From positions 28,961 through 92,960 of the forward strand of contig CAXHJY010001122.1 of the NCBI GenBank assembly GCA_964016885.1: a DNA stretch of 64,000 bases. The letters run 5' to 3'. Origin of the DNA: Eledone cirrhosa. Taxonomy: Eukaryota. A program made the position numbers and the translations under genes. How positions within the stretch are numbered: the stretch's first letter is position 1; each line of letters opens with the position of its first letter. Under the pieces are notes generated by a model. The model ran no database searches and was not told the DNA's origin. It saw only the letters and a list, made by a program, of their open reading frames with translations. Positions 38,828 to 52,002 of this stretch are shown here, piece by piece.

Positions 38828-41800
38828 ATTTCTTTATTTACCATAAAGGCATAAAAAGAAGGGACAAATACAAAGGGGGAGTTTACATATAATCGAGTAA
38901 AAAGGGTGTAACATGAAAATAATCGAAAATAACCTCAAAAGGGAGGGGACGTGATGGGGGTTGCACACACTCCCGAAAAAGTGTGCAATCCTTTGCCCGG
39001 GGAGCACATGGAGAAGGTGCTCCCCTCTCCTTTACTTCTTTACCTACAGGATGGTATACAGAGAAGGCCCATTTACACGAGCCATTCTCGCCACTATCAC
39101 CCACCTTTCATAAAACTGCCTGTGGCCAAGCACCTCTCTCTCCATTCTTATCCTTCTTCCGAAGTGATATCGGAAGAAGTAGACCAGACTATGGCCAGAG
39201 AGGAAGTTGCCTGACCTCAGACCTTTCAATCGTGTCCACCAAACAACCTCTTTCAACGTGGCTATTACGCACAGAAAAACCGCCTTTGCTTCCTTTGTGA
39301 AGAGGGGAGGCGGTTTGATTGTCATCACGGACTCGTCGGTCAATTTAATCGGCGCCACCCGCGACAGCAGTCGTTCGGCGTAGCCCCACAGATCAGCCAC
39401 GCCCGGACATTGCACCAATGCGTGCGCAACGGTTTCTTCGTGACGCACGCATCTAGGGCAAATCTTTTTTGAGGGATCCCTGCCCGGGCGCCCATGTCTG
39501 TAGAGCCTCTCTCGAACGGGTAGAGCCCCCCGGTAGCACTGCCAGGCCAGTGACTTCTGGAAGTTGTCCATTGGTCCTGGGCCGAAAGTCCTACCGAACA
39601 GGCTGGCTAGTTCGTCTTCTTCCATGTCCAGCGACTCTCCAAGGGTGTCATCGCCCCTGCTAGCCACCAGCCCTCTATAGAATGATGAGGTGGATTCTCC
39701 ACCGATGGCCTGGCCCGCTTGCCAGAGAGCCCTGAGCGCCTGAGCACACTCAGTGTGCCAGTCTCCCAGTTTTCCGGATCTTTGCTTGACCCAGGACTGT
39801 AGCTCGGTGAGCGAGACGAGTCTCGGAAAGGCTCGTTTCACGAACGGAGCCCACACCGGTTGACCAGTGAGGAATACCTGTAGGTGCCGTAGCCTTAATG
39901 CGTGCCTACGCATCATCAACCACGGCATCCCCAGCCCTCCTTTCGAAGGTTGTTGGCAGCAGATGGATCTTCTCACCATAGGAGGACGCTTCTTCCAAAG
40001 AAATTGGAAGAGCATGCGTTCCATGGTGGTGAGTGTTTCCTTAGGGCAAGGCACGACAGTCAGGCGGTAGTAAGTGACGGACGCTATGTAAATGTTCGCC
40101 ACCTCCGCCCGGCCTTTTAGGGACAGCTTACACTTGGCCCATTTCTGGGTTAGTGCAAACACCTTGTTCGTAACCTCGTTCCAGTTCTTTTCCACCTGGA
40201 GGTCCGGTCCAAACCAGACCCCAAGCAACTTTACCGGGCCCTCCGTCCAGTGTCCGACGACACCGTCAGGAGGCATCGGTCTGCCTCTCCACGTTCCGAG
40301 TTGCAGCCCGATGGATTTTTCCCGGTTCAGTTTCGCTCCTGACAACCTTTCGTACTCCTCCAGTAAGGTACCGATCGCCTCGATCTCCGAGTCGGTTGAT
40401 ACCATTACTGTTACGTCATCGGCGTAGGCCGACACCGCTTTGCTCAATCCTGGTTCCAGGGGGATACCCTGCAACAACTCCAACTTCCTCAGTAAAGGCT
40501 CGAGAGTCAATACGTACAGAAGGGAGGAGAGAGGGCACCCCTGTCGAATGGATCGTGTGATTTCGAACGGCTTCGAAAGGTAGCCGTTCACCTTGATCCT
40601 AGAACAGATGTGGTTGCTATGTAGGGCAGTGATCCAGCCTCTGAAAACAGGACCGAACCCAGCCGCCGCTAGCACCGCATCCAGGTAACCATGGTCGACC
40701 CTATCGAAGGCCTTAGACTGATCTAAGTTGATCAGGGCCCCACCGAAGCCGGGTTTGTTGCCAACCCTCTCTATGATGTATCGCATGAGGTGGAGGTTAT
40801 CGTGAATGGACCTGGATGGGATAGCACATGTCTGCGCATCTCCCACCAGGCCACCCACGACAAGCGCCAACCTCTTTGCTAACACCTTGGCCAAAATCTT
40901 TAACTCTGTGTTTAGCAGGGTTATGGGCCGAAAATTATTTATATTATCCCCCTTGTTCTCGTCCTTCCTCACCAGCGTGACTACGCCCTTGGCTACAGAA
41001 CAAGGAATTCTCCCGTTCTGTTGCCAATTGCAGTAGACCGCTTCGAGGAGTTCGGAGAAGAAGACCGGCATTGCTAAATAAAGTTCGTAAGGTATACCAT
41101 CGAGACCTGGAGATTTGTGTCTGCTGCATTGGCTCAGCGCATCTCCGATCTCATCAGCCGAGATTGGTCCCTCGCAGGACTCTGCCTCTTCGTTCGAGAG
41201 ACGCGGCAGGCCGTCGAGGTATGGACCGAAATCCACGCCCCCGCCCGGACCCTCGCCTCCCCCGAACAATCGGGCAAAGTGCCTTTGAAAAGCCTCGCAC
41301 ATCTGCTTAGGCTCCCGGATCACCCGTCCATCTTCGTCTTGCAACGACCGGATGGTGGATCGATTTCCACTCTTAGCTTCTGTCACGCGGGCCCATCCAA
41401 CGGCTTTGGCCCCCTCATTACCTAGAGCACGTATTTTACTTCGAATGACGCAGCCTTCGTGCTTTGCATCGAAAAACTGGTTCAAGGCCGTCCTCGATGC
41501 CAGCACTCTGGCCACATCTTCGCTCTTGATTGCCTCTTCTAATTTACCTGTTAATTCTTTCTCGTTTCTATTCCTATCGGCAGCTAACATCTTGCTATAA
41601 CTTATTGATTCTGTTCTAATCTCTCTTTTGAGAGATGCCCACCATCGGTTGTTGACGATTGCACCTGTCAACCTCTCCTTAACTAATCTGCTAATCCGGT
41701 TTCTGTAAGTCTCTTTTGCCAGTAAAGACAAATTAAGTTTCCAGTAACCGGGACCCTGTCTATGTGTTTTCTCGAGATTGACCACGCAGGTCACTAATTT

Positions 41801-41876
41801 GTGATCCGTGTAGCCAACCGTGCGCATTTCTGGACAGCTTAATATGTCCCTATCCTTACTTCTAACTAAGAATCTT
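38828..41876 (-). mobile_element. Tx1-B copy B4: 5'-truncated, young
   Basis: Uninterrupted ORF2 from the end of the endonuclease to the stop. (GATA)n on both sides. The 3' UTR differs from B2/B3 and B1/B5. Confidence 0.93.
39044..41827 (-). CDS. Tx1/L1-clade ORF2 (end of APE, linker, reverse transcriptase, C-terminal zinc finger), N-truncated, 927 aa
   Basis: YTDHK, GPGYWKLN, KSPGLDG, FRPITLLN, LDQSKAFDRVDH, RQGCPLS, AYADD, KLLGVWFG, GGLGMP, CPRC..ETVAHALVQC. Confidence 0.93.
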   Translation of the reverse strand: MRTVGYTDHKLVTCVVNLEKTHRQGPGYWKLNLSLLAKETYRNRISRLVKERLTGAIVNNRWWASLKREIRTESISYSKMLAADRNRNEKELTGKLEEAIKSEDVARVLASRTALNQFFDAKHEGCVIRSKIRALGNEGAKAVGWARVTEAKSGNRSTIRSLQDEDGRVIREPKQMCEAFQRHFARLFGGGEGPGGGVDFGPYLDGLPRLSNEEAESCEGPISADEIGDALSQCSRHKSPGLDGIPYELYLAMPVFFSELLEAVYCNWQQNGRIPCSVAKGVVTLVRKDENKGDNINNFRPITLLNTELKILAKVLAKRLALVVGGLVGDAQTCAIPSRSIHDNLHLMRYIIERVGNKPGFGGALINLDQSKAFDRVDHGYLDAVLAAAGFGPVFRGWITALHSNHICSRIKVNGYLSKPFEITRSIRQGCPLSSLLYVLTLEPLLRKLELLQGIPLEPGLSKAVSAYADDVTVMVSTDSEIEAIGTLLEEYERLSGAKLNREKSIGLQLGTWRGRPMPPDGVVGHWTEGPVKLLGVWFGPDLQVEKNWNEVTNKVFALTQKWAKCKLSLKGRAEVANIYIASVTYYRLTVVPCPKETLTTMERMLFQFLWKKRPPMVRRSICCQQPSKGGLGMPWLMMRRHALRLRHLQVFLTGQPVWAPFVKRAFPRLVSLTELQSWVKQRSGKLGDWHTECAQALRALWQAGQAIGGESTSSFYRGLVASRGDDTLGESLDMEEDELASLFGRTFGPGPMDNFQKSLAWQCYRGALPVRERLYRHGRPGRDPSKKICPRCVRHEETVAHALVQCPGVADLWGYAERLLSRVAPIKLTDESVMTIKPPPLFTKEAKAVFLCVIATLKEVVWWTRLKGLRSGNFLSGHSLVYFFRYHFGRRIRMEREVLGHRQFYERWVIVARMARVNGPSLYTIL

Positions 41877-41937
<61 letters not shown>

Positions 41938-41938
<1 letters not shown>

Positions 41939-44900
41939 TTATTAGCCACAAGGGCGCACAAGAAAAGGGGACAATACAAAGACATGCCGGGGATTTTACA
42001 TACAGTCGTGTAAAAATATAAAAATAAACAATTACAACAATCGAAATCCCCAATAGGGGTGGAGGCGCCACGAATGGATTGTTTAATACCCCGTCGATAG
42101 AACAACCCTCAACTCCAGGAGCGTGTTGTTTTCTTCCTTTTGCTCTCTTCTTCAACCTACAGGCTTATAAACAGAGAAGGCTCAATCACTCGGGCCATTT
42201 TCGCTTCATTCACCCACCTTTCAGTAAATTTACTGGGGTGCAGTGCCTCTCTGTCCACACTAATTCTCCTTCTCACGTGATACTTAAAGAAGGGAATCAA
42301 TTGTGGTCCGGAGAGAAAGGCATCTGTCCTCAGTCCTCTCAACCACATAACTTCTTTCCATAGCCACCGTACAGAGGAAAATCGACTCTCTTTCGTTTTT
42401 GAAAGAGGCTGGCGGTTTGATCCTTACTATGGACTCGGCAGTCAACTGGATTTGTCCCATACGCGACACCAGTTGTTCTGCATAGTTCCACAGGTCGGTT
42501 ACGCCCGGGCAGTGTACAATTGCGTGCAGGACTGTTTCAATGTCCTGCGCGCATCTTGGATACGTCCTCTCGGAAGGATCCCTGCCAGGGCGTCCGTTCC
42601 TGTAGATCTTGTCACGAACCGGTAGAGCTCCTCGGTAGCACTGCCAGGCCAGGGACCTCTGGAAGTTATCCATAGGTCCCGGGCGGAAAATCCTACCAAA
42701 CAGACTGGTGAGCTCATCGTCTTCGACGCCCAGAGTCTCTCTGAGAACGTCGTCGCCCTTGTAACGTACAATCCTTCTATAGAATGTCGAAGTGGAGTCT
42801 CCACTGATTGCTGCGCCCGCTTGCTAGAGGACTGTGAGCGCCTGAGCACATTCAATGTGCCAGGCGCCCATCGTTTTCGGTCTTTTCTTGACCCAAGACT
42901 GCAGCTCCGTCAGCGAGACGAGCTGTGGGAAAGCCTGTCTCACAAACGGTGCCCACACCGGTTGGGGTCGGTGAGGAATACCTGTAGATGCCGCTGCCTC
43001 AGCGCATGTTTCCGCATCACCAGCCACAGCATTCCCAGCCCTCCGTTGGAAGGGTGATGACAGCAGACGGATCTCCTCACCAGCGGAGCCTACTTATTCC
43101 AAAGAAACTGGAAGAGAATGCGTCCCATCTTGGCGAGGTGTTCACGGGGACAAGGTACGACAGTCAAGCGGTAATAGATGACGGACGCTATGAAAGTGTT
43201 CGCCACCTCCGCTCGACCTCGTTCCAGTTTTTCTCCACCTGGAGGTCTGAACCGAACCAGACCCCGAGCAATTTCACCGGTCCGTCCGTCCAGGTCCAAC
43301 GACGCTGTCTGACGTCATCGGTTTGCCTCTCCACGTATCGAGTTGCAAACCGACAGACTTGTCCGGGTTTAGTTTTGCTCCCGTCAGCGTTTCGTATTCT
43401 TTCAGTAAGTTGCCGACCACCCCGATTTCCGAGGTGCTCGACACCACTACTGTCACGTCGTCGGCATAAGCCGACGCCACTTTGCGCAGTCCCCGTTCTA
43501 GAGGGATGCTCTGCAACAGCTCCAATTTCCGGAGTAGTGGCTCTAGAGTCAATACATACATAATGGTGGAAAGATAGCACCCCTGTCGAATGGAACGGGT
43601 GATTGCGAACGGCTCCGATAGATAGCCGTTCACCTTGACTCTAGAGCAGATGCTGGTGTGCATCGCCTCGATCCATCCTCTGAACACGGGACCGAAACCG
43701 GCCGCCTTGAGAACCGCTTCCAAGTATCGTTGTTCGACCCTATCGAATGCCTTAGACTGATCCAAGTTGATCAGAGCCACACCGAAGCCGGGTTTACTAC
43801 CCACCCTCTCTATGATGTATCGCATGAGGTGGAGGTTGTCGTGTATGGACCTGGTCGGGATTGCACACGTTTGCGCTTTCCCTACCAGGTTCTCGACGAC
43901 AAGCGCCAACCTCGTCGCTAGAACCTTGGCCAAAATCTTTAACTCTGTGTTGAGCAGAGTTATGGGCCTGAAGTAGTTAATTTCGTCCCCCTTGTTCTCG
44001 TCTTTCCTGATCAGCGTTACTACGCCCTTGCATGCAGAACTGGGAATTCTCCCATTCTGCTGCCAATTGCAGTAGACGGCTTCGAGGATGCCAGAGAACA
44101 AGTCCGACCTGCCTATGTAAAACTCGTAGGGTAGACCATCTAGACCGGGTGACTTGCGTTTCCCGCAGCGGCCCAGAGCGTCCCGTATCTCAGTGTCCGT
44201 GATCGGTCTTTCGCAGAACTCGGCGTCCGTGTTCGAGTGACGCGGCAGGCCGTCGAGGTATGAACTAAAGTCCATTGCCCCGTTCGGCTCACCGTCGTTC
44301 TGCTCAAACAGTCGCGCAAAGTGCCGCTGAAAGGCCGCGCACATTTGCTTGAGGTCAAGTAGCACGTGTCCGTTTTGGTCTTTCAAAGACCGAATCGTGG
44401 ACTTGTTGCAACTTTTCGCCTCCGCCACTCGGGCCCAGCTGACAACTTTCACTCCTTCGTTTTCTAGAGCACGTGTTTTGCTTCTGACCACGCAGCCTTC
44501 GTGTTTCGTATCGAAGAACTGGTCCAATGCCTTTCTCGACGCTAACACTCTAGCCGCGTTGCCACTTCTAAGTGCCTCCTCTACCTTGGCTACTAGTTCT
44601 CTTTCTATTCTGTTTTTCTCTAAGGCTAACTCTCTGCTATACCCTATCGATTCTTTCTAATTGCTTTCTTGAGAGAGTACCACCATCTATTGTTGACGAT
44701 GGCACCCGTTAACTGTTGCTTGACTAGTCTACTTATCCGTTCACTGTAAGCTTTACGTGCCGGCAACGACACGTTCAGCTTCCAGTATCCGGGTCCCTGT
44801 CTATGTATTCTATCACGGTTGACTAAGCAGACGACTAACTTGTGATCTGAATAGGCAACCATGTGCATTTGTGGACAGCTTAACATCTCCTTGTCCCTTT

Positions 44901-47118
44901 CTCTAATGAAGAACCTATCTAAATACGATCTAGATGTCCCGCTGCGGTTTGCCCACGTCCACTGTGGTGCAGTCGGGAAATCCAGTCGATAGCTATCGGC
45001 CAGTTGGAATTGGCCGATTAAAGTTTTGAGGCTGTTGCACCCCGCTCTACTGGGACATGCTCCCACATAGTCCCATCGTGCATCTAGGATACCATTCCAG
45101 TCCCCCACTAAAAGTAAGGAGCGAGACGCTCCCAGAAAAGACTCTAGACGCTTAAAGAAGTCTGGCCGTGATTGCGATGGCCCGGTCGGGGCATAAACGG
45201 CCACCAGTCTGAAGGCTCCACCTCCAATACTGTTCACGTCGAGGACTACCAGTTTACCCTCCGGGTCCAAGTGTACTTGCTGTACTTCGACGTCCAGGTC
45301 CTACCGAAACATGACAGCCACTCCCCCTCCACCTCCTGGCTGACAGAGAGATGTGTAGATCTCAAAGTCGTCGAAGATGGGGGTTAGTTGCTGCCTCTTG
45401 TGGATCCTGGACTCGGTGATGGCTATCACATCCATACCGTGTGATCTAAAGTCGTTTAAAAGTTGGCCCTATTTCCAGGGCATCCCTAGGCCACACACAT
45501 TCACGCTTCCAACTCGTAAACTAGCGATGTTGGTGGAGAAGAGTTGGCGAAAAGGACGAAAATGTGTACTTACCTTTTCGTTTCCTGGAGATCGGGTTGT
45601 TCAATCTCCATTTGGGTGCTGGATGGGGTGTTGGGTGAGATGAGGAAATATTTTAACAGGACGCGGTTGATGGGTTTCTGGCAGGGGTTGCCCACGTCCT
45701 GTGAAAATTTATTTTTTAGGTCACTATAGGTCTTCATAGAAACCCTTATAAGTTTAAGGTGTGGAGACGATTCTGCCTTGACGAAAGTTTTGCCTTCCGT
45801 TTCCACCTTGGGGTTTTGGGAGATGACCTCCATCAAACTCTTGTTGTTTGTGTTGATGTATGCGTATTGTTGTTTGTGTTTTTGTTGTGTTGTTTTAGTT
45901 TGTTGTTCGTCCGGGAGTTTTCTTTTTATGGTGCGTGCTTGTGTTTGGGGTGGTGTTGGTGTTGGTTTTGCTGATAGGGGGATGTTTGACTGTGGTGTTG
46001 TTTGTGTTGTTGTTTGTGGTTGTGTGTTGGTGTTGGTGATTGGAGTTTTGGGGGTTTTGTGGAGTCTCTTTTTTTATTTTTTAGATTTCCGCGGCTCTCC
46101 CCCTTCTTCACTTAAAGAAGGAGAAGCAGCTTCATCCGTCGATGAATAATCATTGTCAGGTGTGTGGAGTAGGGGTATGTTGTGTGGTGGTGGTGTGTCG
46201 GTGTGTGTGTTGAGTGGGATGGAGTGGGGCTGTGTTCTTCAGGGGTGTTGTCTCTGTTTTTTCTGTTGCTTTTGACACTATTGGTGTCACAGAATGTTTT
46301 GGGGCGAGTGCCTCGCTTTTAAACAGTACGGAAACACTTCCGTACTGTTTTCCTCGCTGGAGAAAATCGATATTTGCTAGTATTTCCTTGAAAGTAGCTT
46401 CTATATCTGCTTGGCTAACAAATGTCGGCTTTCTTGTGGAATTTGACACAGTCCTAAAGGTGACTGATCTGCGAATTGTGTCTTCCTTTATTTCAAGGGG
46501 TGAGTTAATTCTAAACCCACCTTCTTCTTCGAAAGTTACAAATTTTCTCCCTTGCTGGAGCATATCTCTTGCGTTGGAGATATCAAGATTTATAAAATCT
46601 TGTTTTTTGTTCACTATTTCAGCGAAAGACATTTTCTTTTTTTGCGTGGTGTTGCTGTTGTTGTTGTTGTTGTTATCGTTGTTAGCCTCGGTGTTGGAAA
46701 TCTCAGTTCCTTGACGAGGTGAAACATTATGTGTATGTATGTTAATGGGTTTAATTCCTGTGTTTTTCTGTGTGTTATTGTTATTTTTCTCCGCTTCGAC
46801 GGTAGAAATTTTAAAATCTTCAAGTGGTAATATTTTTTCCTCTTTGTTGACAGTCGTATTTATGGCGACGTCCATAGTAGCAGAAGCAGATATAACGTTA
46901 ATATCTGCCTCTTTCTCTCTCTTTTCTCTATTGACGTTCTCCAGCGTTCTTGTGTTGTTCAAGTTATTTAGTTTGTAAAATTTGGTATTTTAAAACAATT
47001 TTTAAAATAAATTCAGCTTGGGGGTTAATCTACAAAATAATATTTTTTCAAATAATTTGTTCTGTTTTTCGTATATAAATTAACAAAAAATCTTACCGGC
47101 GATGTTTCACGCGTCAGA
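41938..47118 (-). mobile_element. Tx1-B copy B5: full length, frameshifted, internal ORF1 deletion
   Basis: ORF1 46156-46962 and 45570-45836. The ORF2 start is mutated ATG>ATC at ~45528. ORFs 44644-45270 (APE), 43274-44548 (RT, AYADD) and 42284-42673. Confidence 0.92.
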
Positions 47119-47137
47119 CAGAAAGATAGATAGATAT

Positions 47138-47653
47138 ATTTCTTTATTAGCCACAGGGGCACAAAAGAAGGGGACAAATACAAAGGGGGAAGTTTACATA
47201 CAATAAAAACGTGTAAAATGTTATCACAGATGGAATTTAAAAGTTAGTCGATTTTCCCCAATAGAGGGAGACAGTTTATATGGGTAACACATACCCCGAA
47301 AAAAAATGTGCAACCCTCATCTCCAGGAGTACGAAGAGCTTGTACTCCTTTCTTCTCCTCCTCCTTTTCCTCAACCTACAGGCTGATATAGAGAGAAGGC
47401 CCATTCACTCGGGCCATTCTCGCCACTTTCACCCACCTTTCATAAAACTTGCTGGGGTACAGCACCTCTCTCTCCATCCTGATTCTTCTTCCAAAGTGGT
47501 ATTTGAAAAAAAGAATCAGTTGTTGGCCGGAGAGAAAGGTGTCTGACCTCAGCCCTTTCAACCTTGTCCACCATACAACCTCTTTCGCCATAGCTATCAC
47601 ACAAAGGAAAACCGCCTCTCCTTCGTTTTTGAAGGAGGTGGCGGTTTGATCAT

Positions 47654-47654
<1 letters not shown>
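47138..47654 (-). mobile_element. Tx1-B copy B6: ~515 bp 3' fragment
   Basis: Near-identical to 34200-34710. (GATA)n on both sides. Confidence 0.92.
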
Positions 47655-47741
<87 letters not shown>

Positions 47742-47743
47742 TG

Positions 47744-47989
<246 letters not shown>

Positions 47990-49642
47990 GATACAGCTGA
48001 TGGACCAGGTCATGAAAGTAACAGAAAGAGTTCTAGCGCAGTTGATTAGGGACCGGATGAAACTAGATGAGATGCAATTTGGGTTTGTGACAGGAAAAGA
48101 CACCACTGATGCCCTCTTCCTTGTGAGGCAGTTACAGGAAAAGTACCTAGCTAAAAGTAAGCCGATCTACCTGGCATTCGTCGATCTGGAGAAAGGCTTT
48201 GATAGAGTTCGCCGTGCTATAATCTGGTGGGCTCTTAGAAAACTGGGAGTAGATGAATGGTTTGTGAAAGCTGTACAAGCCATGTATATGGGAGCACCAG
48301 GGCTCTATTCTTAGCCCTCTCCTGTTCATCATAGTTTTGCAGGCAATAACGGAGCAGTTTAATACCGGATGCCCATGTGAACTCATGTATGCAGATGACC
48401 TCGCACTTATAGCTGAATCTATGGTAGAACTAGAGAAGAAATTCCAAACATGGAAGCAGGGACTAGAAAGAAACGGTCTCAAAGTCAACCTGACAAAGAC
48501 TAAGATCCTCATAAGTAGACGAGAAAACAGAACCAAGATCCCCTCAGGGAAATGGCCTTGCTCAGTATGTAGGAAAGGTGTAGGTAGGAACTCCATCCTC
48601 TGCCCCAAATGCAAACAATGGGTACACAAGAGATGTAGTGGGATCTCAGGAAGCTTAACTAAGAATGTAGGCTTCACATGTAGTAGCTGCGCTGGGACAG
48701 CAAGCAGCAAGCAGCTACAGGAAACAAGCACCACCAAACTGTGGGAGGGTTCTGTAGAAACAGTAGACAGCTTCTGCTACCTAGGTGACCGAATTAGCAG
48801 CGGAGGTGGGTGTTCGGAAAGTACAATAACTAGGGTAAGAACGGGATGGAAGAAGTTCAGGGAGCTACTGCCACTGTTAGCTGCAAAAGGCTTTTCCCTC
48901 AAATGAAAGGCAGACTGTATGATGCGTGTATACGAACAGCAATGTTACATGGTAGTGAGACCTGGGCGCTGTCTGTAGAAGACTTGCGTAGATTAGAAAG
49001 AAATGAAGCCTGCATGCTCCGATGGATGTGTAATAGTAATATACGCGAACGGCAAAGCATAAACGAATTGAGAGAGAGACTGAGCATAAGAGGAATCAAA
49101 TGTTGTGTGCAGGAGATGAGGTTGCGTTGGTATGGACTTGTGATGCGTATGAAGAATGACAGATGCATAAAAAGGTGCAGAGCACTAGACGTCGATGGAA
49201 GCCGCGTAGTAGGGAGACTCAAGAAGACCTGGGATGAGGTGATAAAAGCCCACCTTACCCAATTACACCTTTGAAAGGCGATGACACACGACCGTGACCT
49301 CTGGCGTCATGCAGTAATACAGAAGACCCGACCCCCCACGGGTACAAGCCGAAGGTGAAGCATATAGACAATATGCCCCCACCCCTCCCACTGCAAAGTG
49401 GTCGTGGAGGTGCCACGGCAAAAAAGCACCCAGCCCACACTGTAAAGTCGACGTGTAGGAGCCACGGAAAAAAGCACCCAGCACTCATTGTAAATGAGTT
49501 TGGTGTTAGAAAGGGCATCCAGCTGTAGAAATCAAGCCAGAATCAGTTCCCGGTCAGCCGGCCGGCTACTACCCACAACAGGACAACCCGTCTAACCCAT
49601 GCTAGCGTGGAAGAACGGACGTAAAACGGTGATGATGATGAT
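47990..49642 (+). mobile_element. RTE-clade LINE, 5'-truncated, second subfamily
   Basis: ORFs 48000-48314 (QFGF, AFVDLEKGFD), 48337-48906 (MYADD, C4HC3, FCYLGD) and 48846-49274 (MLHGSETW, LRWYG). The 3' end is catgctagcgtggaagaacggacgtaaaacggt(gat)n. Confidence 0.93.
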
Positions 49643-50583
49643 AATATTTGTGTGTTTGTGTGATAAACCTGAGAAATTAAAACCTAGAAAAATGAAAATA
49701 AAAAACGAAAGAGCTAAAAACAATAAAAATAAAGGGTTGGGGTTGAAGGAATATATAAAAAAATATAAGATTAGAATATATAAAAAGTATAACATAAAAA
49801 ATATATATATATGTACACATATACGTATATGCTCATACACACATATAGAGATTTAAACATACATAGACATATATACACACACGTAAATATAAAAAACATG
49901 AAAAATAAAAGATGTATGTATATAGAAAGCAAGAAAAGAACAGAGACAAACGAATAGTTTAGTAATCTATACATAATATAAAAGAGAGATATTTGTTTGG
50001 TGGTTGGATGGTTGGTTGGTTGGTTGGTTCCTAGGCGCATCACACATTAACGAAAACTGACCATCGAAAAGTAAGTAGAGCAATATATACTTACAGATTC
50101 ACCATCTTGGAATGGTTATGCTTGTTCAATCTTTTTTGGTAGGACAACTCCAAAGAAAGAGTTAATGGCCTGAGTAAAGATTTGACAGGGTTAATTTGGC
50201 AAAGTCAGTGAAACATGTGTAACCTGTCTATAGGGGGTAATTATTCTTTAGTTTAATAGTGTAAAATTACACACACCTGTACACCAGTTCCGAATACAGA
50301 GAAACCAAACTCCCACTGTCATCGCCTCCGCCTCTCCAGCCCGTCCCCTCTCTCACTATTCTGAGCAAATGGGGTCCCACGCGCAATGGATTGAGGGTAT
50401 TCTCAGGGAGGTTTATTGATTCTAATTCTATAAAATCAAAGAATAAGAAAAACATCTTGGATATGCTACACAACCTGACTGCTATTTCTAGCACGTTGGG
50501 AATCAACCATAAGGGATTCTCTCTGCACGTTCGTTGTCAGTGATAATCGAGTTTCGCGTCTCCGATTCGAACTCTGATTTACT

Positions 50584-50621
50584 CACACACACAGAAAAAC
50601 ACACGCACAGACACGCGCGCG

Positions 50622-50697
<76 letters not shown>
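50584..50697. repeat. (CA)n microsatellite
   Basis: Direct observation. Confidence 0.95.
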
Positions 50698-50698
<1 letters not shown>

Positions 50699-51104
50699 TT
50701 ATATATAATTATCTATATCTTTATCTTGAATCATTTTACTTTTATTAACATCATTTTCCATATATGGTAGCTGGAAATCATTCGGCTATTCTAAATTAGT
50801 CTCCTGATTTTTTCGTAGTAAAACTATGTTGTTTTTACTATAGCAAGAATGTGACGTAATATACTAATTTTATTTACAAATGAGGAAGAGGATAAAGAAG
50901 GGCAAATCTGGCTGTGTGAGAGAGTAGAAGAAAAAAGAAGAAAAGCCCTAAATGAGAAAAAAAAGGAGGGGGAAAGCATAGATATTAGGGCTACAGAAGA
51001 AAATGAGGGAGAAGAGGAGAGGGCGATGGGCTCTGAGCTTAGAGCTTGGTGGTGCTGGGGCTGCACCCTGCGGATAATGACCAGTGACACCCGCTTCAGC
51101 AGCG

Positions 51105-51352
51105 ACCTCACCTTGTGAGGCTCCTTCCTCAGATAGATTGGAACTCCCATCATCCTATTGGGGAACCTGGAGCAGCCACGTCTATGGAATGGTACACGCT
51201 TAACAGTCAGACAGATGATAAATAATCTCTTACAGGTCACTTTTCTTGGAGGCAATCATCAAGGAGAAAATGCATTTATTCCCAAAATTCCTCTAGTTCC
51301 TTTCTCTACTGAGTTGCCGTTCGAGTTCTCAAGACTTCAGTTCCCTGTTAGA
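51105..51352 (+). pseudogene. Helitron Pif1-like helicase C-terminal fragment
   Basis: IGTPIILLGNLEQPRLWNGTRLTV...GENAFIPKIPLVP..LPFEFSRLQFPVR matches the LRNL..CNGTRL..IPRI..LPF..RLQFP signature of Helitron helicases. Confidence 0.85.
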
Positions 51353-51848
51353 GCCATCAGAAAACACGCACACAAACGCATGCGCAAACAGAGACATCAA
51401 TAAATAAATAAATCAAATAGAATAAGTAAACATTACAGCAACACAACGGGCGGAAACAATAGTATCACTGATGATGTCACAGGTGTATGACGAAAGAACT
51501 CTATAATTATTTATATCTATATTTTTAACTGTTGGTCAATCAAGGATAAACATTGATTTCCTAGCTAAATTAACTATAAGGATATAAAATATACTGAAGC
51601 GAAAACCAACCCAAACCAAACAGATAGTGAGTTTGATTGTTATTTCTGGAAATATTATAACAACATGACCCTCTCCAAATATAAGGATATTTTAATAATT
51701 GATATAAAAATTGATTTTAATAATTTCTATTTTCCTTAATATATAAAGTACTAAGTTCTATACTGATCTTACTAATCTCATTAAGTAAAACGACTGATCG
51801 TTCTCCCCACCTCTCTTTCTCCATATAGAGGGGGATATATCTCCTATT

Positions 51849-52002
<154 letters not shown>

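Noticed and set aside
27600-47118. B1 and B5 as a simple segmental duplication
   Set aside because: They have different neighbours and independent lesions, and the intervening copies belong to other subfamilies.
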